Program-made: the position numbers and the translations under genes
Part shown: positions 9,406 to 17,908 of the stretch, in pieces
How the letters are laid out: every line of letters begins with the position of its first letter
Numbering within the stretch: the stretch's first letter is position 1
Source of the DNA: Promethearchaeota archaeon
GTDB taxonomy: Archaea; Asgardarchaeota; Lokiarchaeia; Sigyniarchaeales; SOKP01
Direction: 5' to 3'
Length of the DNA stretch: 33,909 bases
Assembly: GCA_048938855.1 (NCBI GenBank)
Contig: JBHLLT010000025.1
Coordinates: forward strand, 1-33,909
The notes under the pieces: generated by a model
What the model saw: the letters and a program-made list of their open reading frames with translations, nothing else
The model's database searches: none
Told to the model about the DNA's origin: nothing

Positions 9406-10338
9406 CTATACCATTTCTGGATAAATTTTCTCAAAATAATTTGATACATGACTAGAAGCAAAAATACCTGCTTCAGTAATTAAACCATCTATATATCTTC
9501 TACTAACAGTTTCGAATGCAGGATTCAAAATTTCAATTCCTTCTGGAGGATCATTCCAAACTTCTTGAGGATCTCTCATTTCAATAACTTCTAATATCCC
9601 AAGATTAGTTTCTGGATTATACTTTAATAATGGAGATGCAACATAAAAGGGAACATGCTCTTCATGGGCAACTAACGCTAGCAATCTAGATCCAATTTTA
9701 TTTATAATAGTACCTTCGGAAGTTATACTGTCTGCTCCAATTAAAATTAGATCTACCTGATAATGTCTTACAGCCCATCTCATAGCGCTATCTATGACGT
9801 GAATGACTTCGATTCCTGCTTTTAATAATTTTTTTGCAGTTTTTCTTCCCTGTAACCTCGGTTGTGTTTCTGTATTAATTACTTTAAAATCTTTACCTTG
9901 TCTTTTAGCTTCTAAGAAAATACCAGTAACTAAACTTGAATGACAATGTGTCATCACGCTAAATTTTTGACCTTTGAGCGGAAAACGTCTAGCACCTATT
10001 TCTGCAATCTTAATTTTTGAATTTTGAAGCATTTCATAATATAAATCTTTATATTTTTCAATTATGTCAGAAATATATTCAGGGATAATTGTATTTTTTT
10101 CTTGTTCTAGTTTATTCATGATAAATTTTAACCCATTTTTCATTGCGGGTTCAGTCGGTCGAGTATCTATTAAGATTTCCCTTGCTTCGTAGAGTTTTTC
10201 AAAACATACATTAACATTTTCACACTTTAACCTTTTAGCATAATCACTCAGAAAACCTATAGCACTAATAGCTATATTACTTGCTCCTTGTATCTCTAAA
10301 GATTTTATCTTTTGAGCATCTTGTAATAATTGTTCCAT
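9406..10338 (-). CDS. Ribose-1,5-bisphosphate isomerase (eIF2B alpha/beta/delta family)
   Basis: EIQGA, TRPTEP, MTHCHSS (catalytic Cys), ETQPRLQG, GADSI (catalytic Asp), NKIGS, NPAFE. Start moved to MEQLL (10338); the extra 30 codons in the track overlap the neighbour and look non-coding. Confidence 0.88.
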   Translation of the reverse strand: MEQLLQDAQKIKSLEIQGASNIAISAIGFLSDYAKRLKCENVNVCFEKLYEAREILIDTRPTEPAMKNGLKFIMNKLEQEKNTIIPEYISDIIEKYKDLYYEMLQNSKIKIAEIGARRFPLKGQKFSVMTHCHSSLVTGIFLEAKRQGKDFKVINTETQPRLQGRKTAKKLLKAGIEVIHVIDSAMRWAVRHYQVDLILIGADSITSEGTIINKIGSRLLALVAHEEHVPFYVASPLLKYNPETNLGILEVIEMRDPQEVWNDPPEGIEILNPAFETVSRRYIDGLITEAGIFASSHVSNYFEKIYPEMV

Positions 10339-10420
10339 ATTGGAATACAACTTTAATTTTATTGATAATTTATTTATAGATTTGTAGAATTTAATCTTAC
10401 ACAAAAATGGTTTAATCCTC

Positions 10421-10612
10421 TTAAACATCCTCTGGATCTAATTCAGAATCCTCTGGATCTAATTCATAATCCTCAGGATCAATTTCAACATAGAATTGGC
10501 CAATATAACCACAAGAGCACTCGTACATATCAGGTGCAAGCCAACCTGAAACATTCACAGCGTTTTTTAAGTTGGGTTTTTTACATTTTGGGCAAATTTT
10601 GATTTTAACCAT
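10421..10612 (-). CDS. Small zinc-ribbon protein with acidic repeat tail
   Basis: CPKC...YECSCGYIG; tail IDPEDYE-LDPEDSE-LDPEDV. Confidence 0.8.
   Translation of the reverse strand: MVKIKICPKCKKPNLKNAVNVSGWLAPDMYECSCGYIGQFYVEIDPEDYELDPEDSELDPEDV
10427..10486. repeat. 21-bp tandem repeat, ~3 copies (coding)
   Basis: atcctctggatctaattcaga / atcctctggatctaattcata / atcctcaggatcaatttc. Confidence 0.9.
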
Positions 10613-10728
10613 AATTTCAATTCCAGCTATTTAATTATTTTTGTTTGAAAAATATTTACATTCTAAGTATAATTATAATTTCTTACATTTTTAATTAGAG
10701 GATATAAAATTTTTAAAATGGGGATAAT

Positions 10729-11658
10729 ATGGCAGATGCCATAGTTACTAGAACTATAGGATTAGATTTCATCTATTTTGATTTAATTTTTCTATCAATA
10801 TGGATCTTCTTTTTAATAAGAAAGAAATATTGGCTTTCTATTACTTGGGGTGCGTGTGGCTGGTTGATTTACATTTTTACGGATTATATATTATGGTATT
10901 TAATTACTCACACAAGGACTTATACTGGACCTATAGATCCATTTATCTTTTTCTTATGGTTTTGCTTTTCACCAGGGTTTGTGCAATTTTCGTATGTTTT
11001 TGTTATGTTTGAAAAAAGAAATCGCAAGGATTTAATATTCTTTACAATACTTTTTTATTTAGGGTGGATTTTTGTATCAACGGGTTCTCAATTAATTCCC
11101 TTAGATGATAGACTTATTGAAGTATCTAGAGATATGAACATAGCAAATCAACGGTTTAATGAACTTATAATGGTTCTAATTAATATTGGGGTTGCCTTAG
11201 TTTTATACTTCAAAAAGAAGTTAAGGTTAGAAGATATCTTGTACATATTCTTAATTGGAATTTTAGTTGAGTTTTCTTTAGAATTTAGTTTAGCAATTTC
11301 AGGTATTCGCCAAGCCCAAGGCGTATGGAGTCTGGAATTATTGATTATAAATACTCTATTAGAATTCAACTTAGGGATTATATTAATGTATCTATTATGG
11401 GTTTTTTTAAAAATACGAAAATATGGGCATTATTATTTTCAAATGAGTTATAAGGACATGAAATATATAAAAACGAACTTTGAAGCTATCGCTTCCATGT
11501 GCAATAATAAATCTCTAAATGACAAGCTTATGAAGAGGTATTCTAAATTATATCCTCTTAGTAAATTTTTATCAGATATCCAATACTATTGCAAGAAATA
11601 CAAGATTGAAGATATTACACAAGAATTAGAAAAAGAAATAATATCATATTGGAAATAA
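10729..11658 (+). CDS. Hypothetical integral membrane protein (~7 TM plus soluble C-terminal tail)
   Basis: Multiple hydrophobic segments; no family motif recognised. Confidence 0.8.
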   Translation: MADAIVTRTIGLDFIYFDLIFLSIWIFFLIRKKYWLSITWGACGWLIYIFTDYILWYLITHTRTYTGPIDPFIFFLWFCFSPGFVQFSYVFVMFEKRNRKDLIFFTILFYLGWIFVSTGSQLIPLDDRLIEVSRDMNIANQRFNELIMVLINIGVALVLYFKKKLRLEDILYIFLIGILVEFSLEFSLAISGIRQAQGVWSLELLIINTLLEFNLGIILMYLLWVFLKIRKYGHYYFQMSYKDMKYIKTNFEAIASMCNNKSLNDKLMKRYSKLYPLSKFLSDIQYYCKKYKIEDITQELEKEIISYWK

Positions 11659-11771
11659 ATCTTCTTTAAATTATTAGATTTTTGATATAACAATAAAATA
11701 TTAATCTCTATTAGTATAAAAGTATAATAGGCTTAAATATTCAATATAAGGGTCTAATTAATTTAAAAAAC

Positions 11772-13595
11772 ATGTCTAGTCTGGAATTACAAAGAAAAAG
11801 TTTACCGAATGAACCTGGAGTTTACTTATTTCTTGACAATAAAAAAATTGTTATTTATATTGGAAAGGCATTAAATCTCAGAAAGAGGGTCAATCAATAT
11901 TTTACAAAAAGTCATTTTAATGATCCTTTTTATGAAGAAAAAATCAGAGAACTGGTTAAGAATATTGAATTTATTGAATATTTTGTAACTGAAAATGAAA
12001 AAGAAGCCTTACTTTTAGAAAACATCCAGATTAAAAAACATCTTCCTCGATTTAATGTAATCATGAGGGATTCCAAAAGTTACCCTTGGGTAGCAATTTT
12101 TTATTCTGAAGATTTTCCAAGAATTAGGGTACTTAGGAACCCGGAAAAATATTCCCAAGATAACTTATTTTTAGGGCCCTATACAGATAAAAAAGAAATC
12201 ATTAGGATTTTAAGAGATCTCAGAAAAATCTTTCCATATTGTTCATGCAAAAAACCACTTATAATGAAAAAAAGACCTTGCTTATATTATCAATTAAAAC
12301 TCTGTCCTGGTCCATGTTTTACGAGTATTACTAAACAAGATTATAGAGAAAATATTAAAAGGATAGAATTGTTCTTAAAAGGGGAAACAAGCGAATTAAA
12401 AAAGCAAATTCAAGAAAAAATGGAATTAGCAGCAAATAATCAAGAATTTGAATTAGCTGCCTTTTGGAGAGATAAGTTATCAGATATTGATCATGCAACA
12501 GATCAGCAACATGTACTTTTAGATAATGATGCAAATAAGGATATGATTGGATTTTATTCTGATAATAATTATGTGGCAATGGTTATAATTCATATCAGGG
12601 AAGGTAGGATATTAAATAAAAATTCATTTAATTTTGATTTAAGAGAAAAATTGATTCATAAAGATGAGTTGTTTTCTTCAATTTTAGAACAGTATTACCA
12701 GGAATTTAAAACCCAATTACCTGATGCAATAATAATTTCTGAATTGAATAGAACATTTGAAATTCTTATTAAATATTTAAGGAGTTTAAAAGCAGAAATA
12801 CAAATTCGAACTCCCAAAGATGAATTTGAAACTAGTTTAATACGTATCGCAAATAAGAATGCAAAGGTTATGGTTAATCAGAATATTCAGATGGAGACAA
12901 TTAGGATGGATGAAGAAGACTTCAGGGCGGAATTATTAAAAGAAGCTAAAGAAGTATTAAATCTCCCAAAAGATCCAAGAATAATCGAAGGGTTTGACAT
13001 TTCAAATATCGAGGGTACTGATGCAACTGGCTCTATGGTTTACTTTTTGGATGCAAAACCATATACCAAAAATTATAGACATTTTAAAATTCGTTCTAAA
13101 TCTACTCCTGATGATGTTGCGATGATGAAAGAAGTACTAAAGAGAAGATATAATTATTTACTTAAGAGAAACTTAACCCTTCCTGATTTAATTCTAATTG
13201 ATGGAGGAAAAGGGCAATTAAATGCTGGAATCTCGGTTTTGAATGAACTCGGTCTTAATATCCCAATCATAGGATTGGCAAAAAAAAATGAAGAAATTTA
13301 CGTCCCTAATAAAAAAGACCCTATAATCTTAGCAAAAAACTCATCTTTACTAAAATTGTTTCAAAGAGTTCGTGATGAGGCTCATCGTTTCGCTGTTAAA
13401 CTTCATAAAAAACAAAGAGAAAGGAGAGTTAAAGGCTCCATTTTAGATGATATTGAAGGAATTGGTCCAATTACAAGAAATAAATTACTTAAACACTTTG
13501 GAAGCGTAGAAAATATCAAAAAAGCTTCTTTAGAAGAACTATTAGAAGTTGTAAGAAAAAATCTAGCTGAAAAAATTCTAAATGAGTTGAGTTAA
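11772..13595 (+). CDS. uvrC: Excinuclease ABC subunit C
   Basis: GIY-YIG (PGVYLF..IYIGKA.NLRKRV), Cys cluster (C..CLYYQLKLCPGPC), UVR helix, IEGFDISN, LIDGGKGQL, RDEAHRFA, C-terminal HhH. Confidence 0.97.
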   Translation: MSSLELQRKSLPNEPGVYLFLDNKKIVIYIGKALNLRKRVNQYFTKSHFNDPFYEEKIRELVKNIEFIEYFVTENEKEALLLENIQIKKHLPRFNVIMRDSKSYPWVAIFYSEDFPRIRVLRNPEKYSQDNLFLGPYTDKKEIIRILRDLRKIFPYCSCKKPLIMKKRPCLYYQLKLCPGPCFTSITKQDYRENIKRIELFLKGETSELKKQIQEKMELAANNQEFELAAFWRDKLSDIDHATDQQHVLLDNDANKDMIGFYSDNNYVAMVIIHIREGRILNKNSFNFDLREKLIHKDELFSSILEQYYQEFKTQLPDAIIISELNRTFEILIKYLRSLKAEIQIRTPKDEFETSLIRIANKNAKVMVNQNIQMETIRMDEEDFRAELLKEAKEVLNLPKDPRIIEGFDISNIEGTDATGSMVYFLDAKPYTKNYRHFKIRSKSTPDDVAMMKEVLKRRYNYLLKRNLTLPDLILIDGGKGQLNAGISVLNELGLNIPIIGLAKKNEEIYVPNKKDPIILAKNSSLLKLFQRVRDEAHRFAVKLHKKQRERRVKGSILDDIEGIGPITRNKLLKHFGSVENIKKASLEELLEVVRKNLAEKILNELS

Positions 13596-13615
13596 AAGAA
13601 TAAAAAAAAATATAA

Positions 13616-14872
13616 TTATAAATTATCACTTTTTATCCTCGATATCACCGCAAATATTATAATTATTACTCCTAGTACTATAAATGTTAAATTTAAATTC
13701 CACATCACTAGATATCCGACGAGAGGGTAAAGAATTGCTCGTATAAGACTCGCTATCATGTTTATTGCACTTATAACGGTAGCTCTGTTTTCTGTTTTAA
13801 TTTGTTGATTTATGCCCTTAACAAATATCAAACTCCTTGAAAACCCAAAACCAATCACAATGAGAATTAAAGGAATGCTCACTGGAATATATTGGATTAG
13901 CGCCATTAAAATAAAGGCCATACCCGGAATTATTGTATATATTCTAAGGAATCTTCTCTTGTTATAGATTTTGTTTTCTAAAGTTGGAAGGATATTGTTA
14001 AAGAGAATTTGCACCAGTGTCACTGACATACTTACAAATCCAAAGAATATTAATTGAAAATTTAATGCTTCAAGGTAGACTTGATAAGTCCATATTAAGA
14101 AAAACACTAAAGCCTCTGTTATCACCATCTCAACAGCTAGTAATCTTAATATCTTATTGGTTGTGAGCTCTTTAATCCCAGATTTTACAATCGTCAAATA
14201 TTTGTCGTTTTTCTTTTTTTCCAAGTCATGATTAGGCTCCTTTAAAGTTAATGATATTATCGTTGCTAATATAAATGGTACAAATATAAGACTCATTACA
14301 AGATTCAATGAAAAATATGCACCGATGATCGATCCAACTGGTGCTGAAATTGCAATACCAAGCAAGCTAAAACTGCGATTTCGTGCCATAATTTTAGAAA
14401 TTTCGTTTTCTCTTCCAAGTTTTCTCAGTGTGTCATAAATAAATGCCATATTGGTCCCTGATGTTAAAGCAGCTCCTAAAGCCCATAAAGTTTCACCAAT
14501 GGTAAATATGATAATACTTGGATAACTTCCATAAATCAATCCAGCAAATGCCGTTGTCAAAGCTCCTAAAATCAAAGAAAATTTCCTACTTATGTAATCT
14601 GCTATTGCACCGCAAGGAATCTCAAATACCAATATCATAATAGTAAAATAACTTTGTAAGAACATTACCTCTACAAATGTTAATCTACCCCATGTCAAGA
14701 AAAATGGTAAGAGAATTCCTGAGATCAGATGAAATCCCTCAATAAAACTAATCAAATACGATTTCCATATGTTCGCTCTCCAAATCTCTAAATTTTCAGG
14801 AGAGACTTTACTTTCTAACTTTAAGGAAGATTCAACCAATTCTTCTTGAGTTAATTCCTTTAATTCTGACAT
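13616..14872 (-). CDS. MFS transporter
   Basis: FEIPCGAIADYISRK (motif A), SGTNMAFIYD, RATVIS; ~12 TM; SD-like GAGGT at 14884-14880. Confidence 0.92.
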   Translation of the reverse strand: MSELKELTQEELVESSLKLESKVSPENLEIWRANIWKSYLISFIEGFHLISGILLPFFLTWGRLTFVEVMFLQSYFTIMILVFEIPCGAIADYISRKFSLILGALTTAFAGLIYGSYPSIIIFTIGETLWALGAALTSGTNMAFIYDTLRKLGRENEISKIMARNRSFSLLGIAISAPVGSIIGAYFSLNLVMSLIFVPFILATIISLTLKEPNHDLEKKKNDKYLTIVKSGIKELTTNKILRLLAVEMVITEALVFFLIWTYQVYLEALNFQLIFFGFVSMSVTLVQILFNNILPTLENKIYNKRRFLRIYTIIPGMAFILMALIQYIPVSIPLILIVIGFGFSRSLIFVKGINQQIKTENRATVISAINMIASLIRAILYPLVGYLVMWNLNLTFIVLGVIIIIFAVISRIKSDNL

Positions 14873-15072
14873 TTTTTTAACCTCTTTTATTTATTTTCTT
14901 CTAATTTTTATTAAATTCTCAAAAAAACATATTTAGAGTCTCCATTGGGACGCTATTAGTGTCTGAGTGTATTAAATCAATCTTAGAACCCTGGAGTTTT
15001 ACCAAAAATATGAAAACAATTAATGAGAAAAGTTATTGAATGTTATAAAGTAAAAGATAAGTATCGGCGTGC

Positions 15073-15248
15073 TGTTGATTTCTATGTTTTTATGAGGATA
15101 ATGTTGCAGGGAAATATGATACATACCCTAAAAACATCATTACCATGATAATTTTATTACAATACGGATCATGAACTATCCCAGTATCTCGATGAGTTCG
15201 AATCCAATTATTTTCTCTAATTATCATGATACAATCAACAATAATGTT
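15073..15248 (-). ncRNA. Candidate structured cis-regulatory leader RNA upstream of the MFS gene
   Basis: Nested complementary pairs 15073-80/15233-40, 15141-53/15219-31, 15166-80/15191-205 and 15084-92/15129-37; mismatches resolve to G-U on the minus strand. Confidence 0.55.
15090..15227 (-). CDS. Putative 45-aa leader peptide (uORF)
   Basis: ATG(15227)..TAA(15090): MIIRENNWIRTHRDTGIVHDPYCNKIIMVMMFLGYVSYFPATLSS; below the ORF-track cutoff. Confidence 0.45.
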   Translation of the reverse strand: MIIRENNWIRTHRDTGIVHDPYCNKIIMVMMFLGYVSYFPATLSS

Positions 15249-15272
15249 TAATAAAACTATATTATTTTCAAA

Positions 15273-15280
15273 TATATAAA
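15273..15280 (-). promoter_or_regulatory. Putative TATA box for the MFS leader transcript
   Basis: TTTATATA on the minus strand, preceded by an A-run; about 25 nt upstream of where the structured region begins. Confidence 0.5.
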
Positions 15281-15287
15281 TTTTATG

Positions 15288-15348
15288 GGGGATTTCTCAT
15301 CATTCAGAGAAAATTATGTCAAAAATGGGAAAATGATGGGAAATCTCC
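15288..15348. terminator. 17-bp imperfect inverted repeat immediately 3' of the mutase gene
   Basis: ggggatttctcatcatt (15288-15304) / aatgatgggaaatctcc (15332-15348), 15/17 Watson-Crick pairs, 27-nt loop; function inferred only. Confidence 0.45.
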
Positions 15349-15351
15349 TTT

Positions 15352-16782
15352 TTATCTTTTAGAGATAACCAATCTCACAAGTTCAGCTGTTGCTTCACAA
15401 TAAACTCTTGCTAGTGAATCTCTTTTAGCTTCACTTATTACTCTAATAATCGGTTCTGTATTTGAGGGATGAATAAGAACAAACCAATCCTTTCCTCGAC
15501 CAAATCTAAGATCATTTTCTATTTGCTCCACATTTTCCCCTTCATTAATCAATTCTTCTTTGACTTTAATAATAAGAGAACCTGTATCAACATTTTTAAT
15601 GTTGATTTTTATTCTATGCGAATAATATTTTGGTAATTCTGATACTAATTGGGAGATATTCTTTTCGGTTTTTACCATTATCTCAATAATTTTTGCAGCT
15701 GCAAAAATCCCATCTCTTGTATTATTGAAGTAAGGGAACATAATTCCTCCACATGATCCTTCTCCACCAAATACTAATCGATCTTTTGATGAATTTGCTA
15801 AAAGATCATTCATTTTTTCACTTAAAAAACGTTCCCCTACAGGAGTCCGTATAACCTGAGCATTATATTTTTCTGCTATAGCCTCAAATCTTAAAGAGGA
15901 TGCTAAATTAGTAATAAAAACAGTTTGCTCGATATTATCCTCTAGATTTTTTAAATAATAATCCGTAATTAAAGCTAGGCTAATATCCTCGGGATAACAT
16001 TCTCCATTTTCGCTAATGATTGCTAATCTATCAGCATCTGTATCATGAGCAAAACCAATATCATACTTCCCTTGCCACACTTCCATTATTAAGTCTCTTA
16101 GATTTTCCTTTATGGGTTCAATTTCTCTTGGAAAATCTTTATTGGCAAGTATTTCATTATTTATTAATTTAATTTCACATCCCATTTCAGCAAGAATTAT
16201 TGGAGTGACCAGATTTCCTGCTCCTGCTCCCGAATCAATAACTACTCTAAGATTATTTTTTTCTTTAATATTTGGAATATCAATAAAACGCTTTAAATCA
16301 TGAATATAATCTGTAATGGGATTTATATTTTTAATATGTGATTCTGAAATTGTATGGATTTTTTTAAAATCATTCAAATCTATATTCTCTAAATATATAG
16401 AAACAATTTGTAAGTCATTAGTGTTTAAAAATGTCGTTTCAGATATTAATTTTAATCCATTCCATTCTTGAGAGTTGTGAGATCCTGTAATGATAATGCC
16501 AAATGGAATATTCAATTTATTTTTCGCATGAACTATTACAGGTGTAGGGCATATACCAAAATTTATAATTTCAAAACCAGATAAAATTAATCCCTCAATG
16601 ATTGCCTCTTCAATCAAGATTCCACTAGGTCTAGTATCTCTGCCTATTACTATTTTCTTATCCTTTCCATTAATTAATAATCCAAAAGCAATTGCTATTT
16701 TCTTAACAGTATCATATTTCAGATCTTTCTCAATACGACCTCTAATACCACTTAGAGTAAAAATTAAATCAGATTCTTCCAT
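15352..16782 (-). CDS. Alpha-D-phosphohexomutase family protein (PMM/PGM/GlmM-like)
   Basis: SGIRG, GRDTRPSG, TGSHN (phospho-Ser), DTDADR (metal loop), TPVGE, GGEGSCG, PSNTEPIIRV. Confidence 0.93.
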   Translation of the reverse strand: MEESDLIFTLSGIRGRIEKDLKYDTVKKIAIAFGLLINGKDKKIVIGRDTRPSGILIEEAIIEGLILSGFEIINFGICPTPVIVHAKNKLNIPFGIIITGSHNSQEWNGLKLISETTFLNTNDLQIVSIYLENIDLNDFKKIHTISESHIKNINPITDYIHDLKRFIDIPNIKEKNNLRVVIDSGAGAGNLVTPIILAEMGCEIKLINNEILANKDFPREIEPIKENLRDLIMEVWQGKYDIGFAHDTDADRLAIISENGECYPEDISLALITDYYLKNLEDNIEQTVFITNLASSLRFEAIAEKYNAQVIRTPVGERFLSEKMNDLLANSSKDRLVFGGEGSCGGIMFPYFNNTRDGIFAAAKIIEIMVKTEKNISQLVSELPKYYSHRIKINIKNVDTGSLIIKVKEELINEGENVEQIENDLRFGRGKDWFVLIHPSNTEPIIRVISEAKRDSLARVYCEATAELVRLVISKR

Positions 16783-16798
16783 TGTGTTCTTTCAATTT

Positions 16799-17794
16799 TT
16801 AGAAAATTATTTTATTTTTATCTATATTGTATTTAACCAGAGCTAATGCTCCTCTTACACCTATTTCATCATTATATTTTGTTAATTTTATATTTGGAGG
16901 GTGATTAATAGTAAATTTAATTGGATTTTTTTCAAATTGTTTAATGATATCAGGAATTATTTGATCTTTGTCTTTCATCATTGCACCTCCAAAATAAATC
17001 GAACTGCAATCGTAGTAATTGTTGACTAACCCAACACCTACTTTCATATAATATACACAATCTTCAACGATGCTATTTGATAATATATCTCCTTTTTTAG
17101 CAGCTTGAAAAACTTCTTTTGCTGTTATCTTTGTTTTATCATTATCAACAATTTTCATCAAAATACTCGCATCTAATTTTCCTTTATCCAACCCTTCTAA
17201 AGTTCTGTTTCTAACTCCTATTCCAGAGCTATAAGCTTCCCAACACCCATATGCTCCACAATTGCATTTTGCATTACTTTTTGAATTAACTTTTGCATGA
17301 CCAATTTCTGCCGCGTTTCCTTCTTTTCCTAGTAAAAGGTGTCCACCGCAAATAACTCCTCCACCTATTCCAGTAGACATTGTGATATATACTAAATTAT
17401 CTTTTTCTCCATCTTCAGCCTCAAAGAAATGTATTCCTAAAACGGATCCATTGCAATCATTAATAAAATATATTGGAATATTTGGGAATTCTTTTTTAAT
17501 TGGATCTTTTAGGGGAATGACTTTAAATCCAAGATTGGCATTATTAAATACCACTCCTTTTTCCATATTTAATGGACCTGCTGTAGCGATCCCAATTCCT
17601 AAAATTTTATCTTTTTGAATTTTATTTTCAGAAATCAATTCTGAAAGCATCTCGCACACCATTTTACTAATTGAAAATCTATTCTCCTTTACCGTTCTGG
17701 ATTTTTTTTTAAAAATATTATTTTCATTCAGATCTGATGTACAGATAGCAACTCGGACCCAAGTACCTCCAATATCAACACCAGCGATAAACAT
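16799..17794 (-). CDS. ROK family sugar kinase (glucokinase-like)
   Basis: GVDIGGT, INDCN, STGIGGG, EIGH..CNCGAYGCWE; no HTH. Start placed at MFIAG (17794) after a GGTGA SD. Confidence 0.93.
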   Translation of the reverse strand: MFIAGVDIGGTWVRVAICTSDLNENNIFKKKSRTVKENRFSISKMVCEMLSELISENKIQKDKILGIGIATAGPLNMEKGVVFNNANLGFKVIPLKDPIKKEFPNIPIYFINDCNGSVLGIHFFEAEDGEKDNLVYITMSTGIGGGVICGGHLLLGKEGNAAEIGHAKVNSKSNAKCNCGAYGCWEAYSSGIGVRNRTLEGLDKGKLDASILMKIVDNDKTKITAKEVFQAAKKGDILSNSIVEDCVYYMKVGVGLVNNYYDCSSIYFGGAMMKDKDQIIPDIIKQFEKNPIKFTINHPPNIKLTKYNDEIGVRGALALVKYNIDKNKIIF

Positions 17795-17908
17795 ACTACT
17801 CACCCTTATCATACAACTAAATTATTTGTCTTTTTCCTAACCTCGAATTAATATAAAGATTTCAAATATTTCAAATTATTATTATACAAATAAAAGTTTT
17901 TCTTAAGT

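Noticed and set aside
14873-15351. Intergenic region as tRNA, SRP RNA, RNase P RNA, SECIS or a known riboswitch
   Set aside because: GTTCGAATCC at 15196-15205 mimics a T-loop, but no cloverleaf or acceptor stem could be built. No SRP, RNase P or known aptamer cores were recognised, and no adjacent gene has an in-frame Sec UGA.
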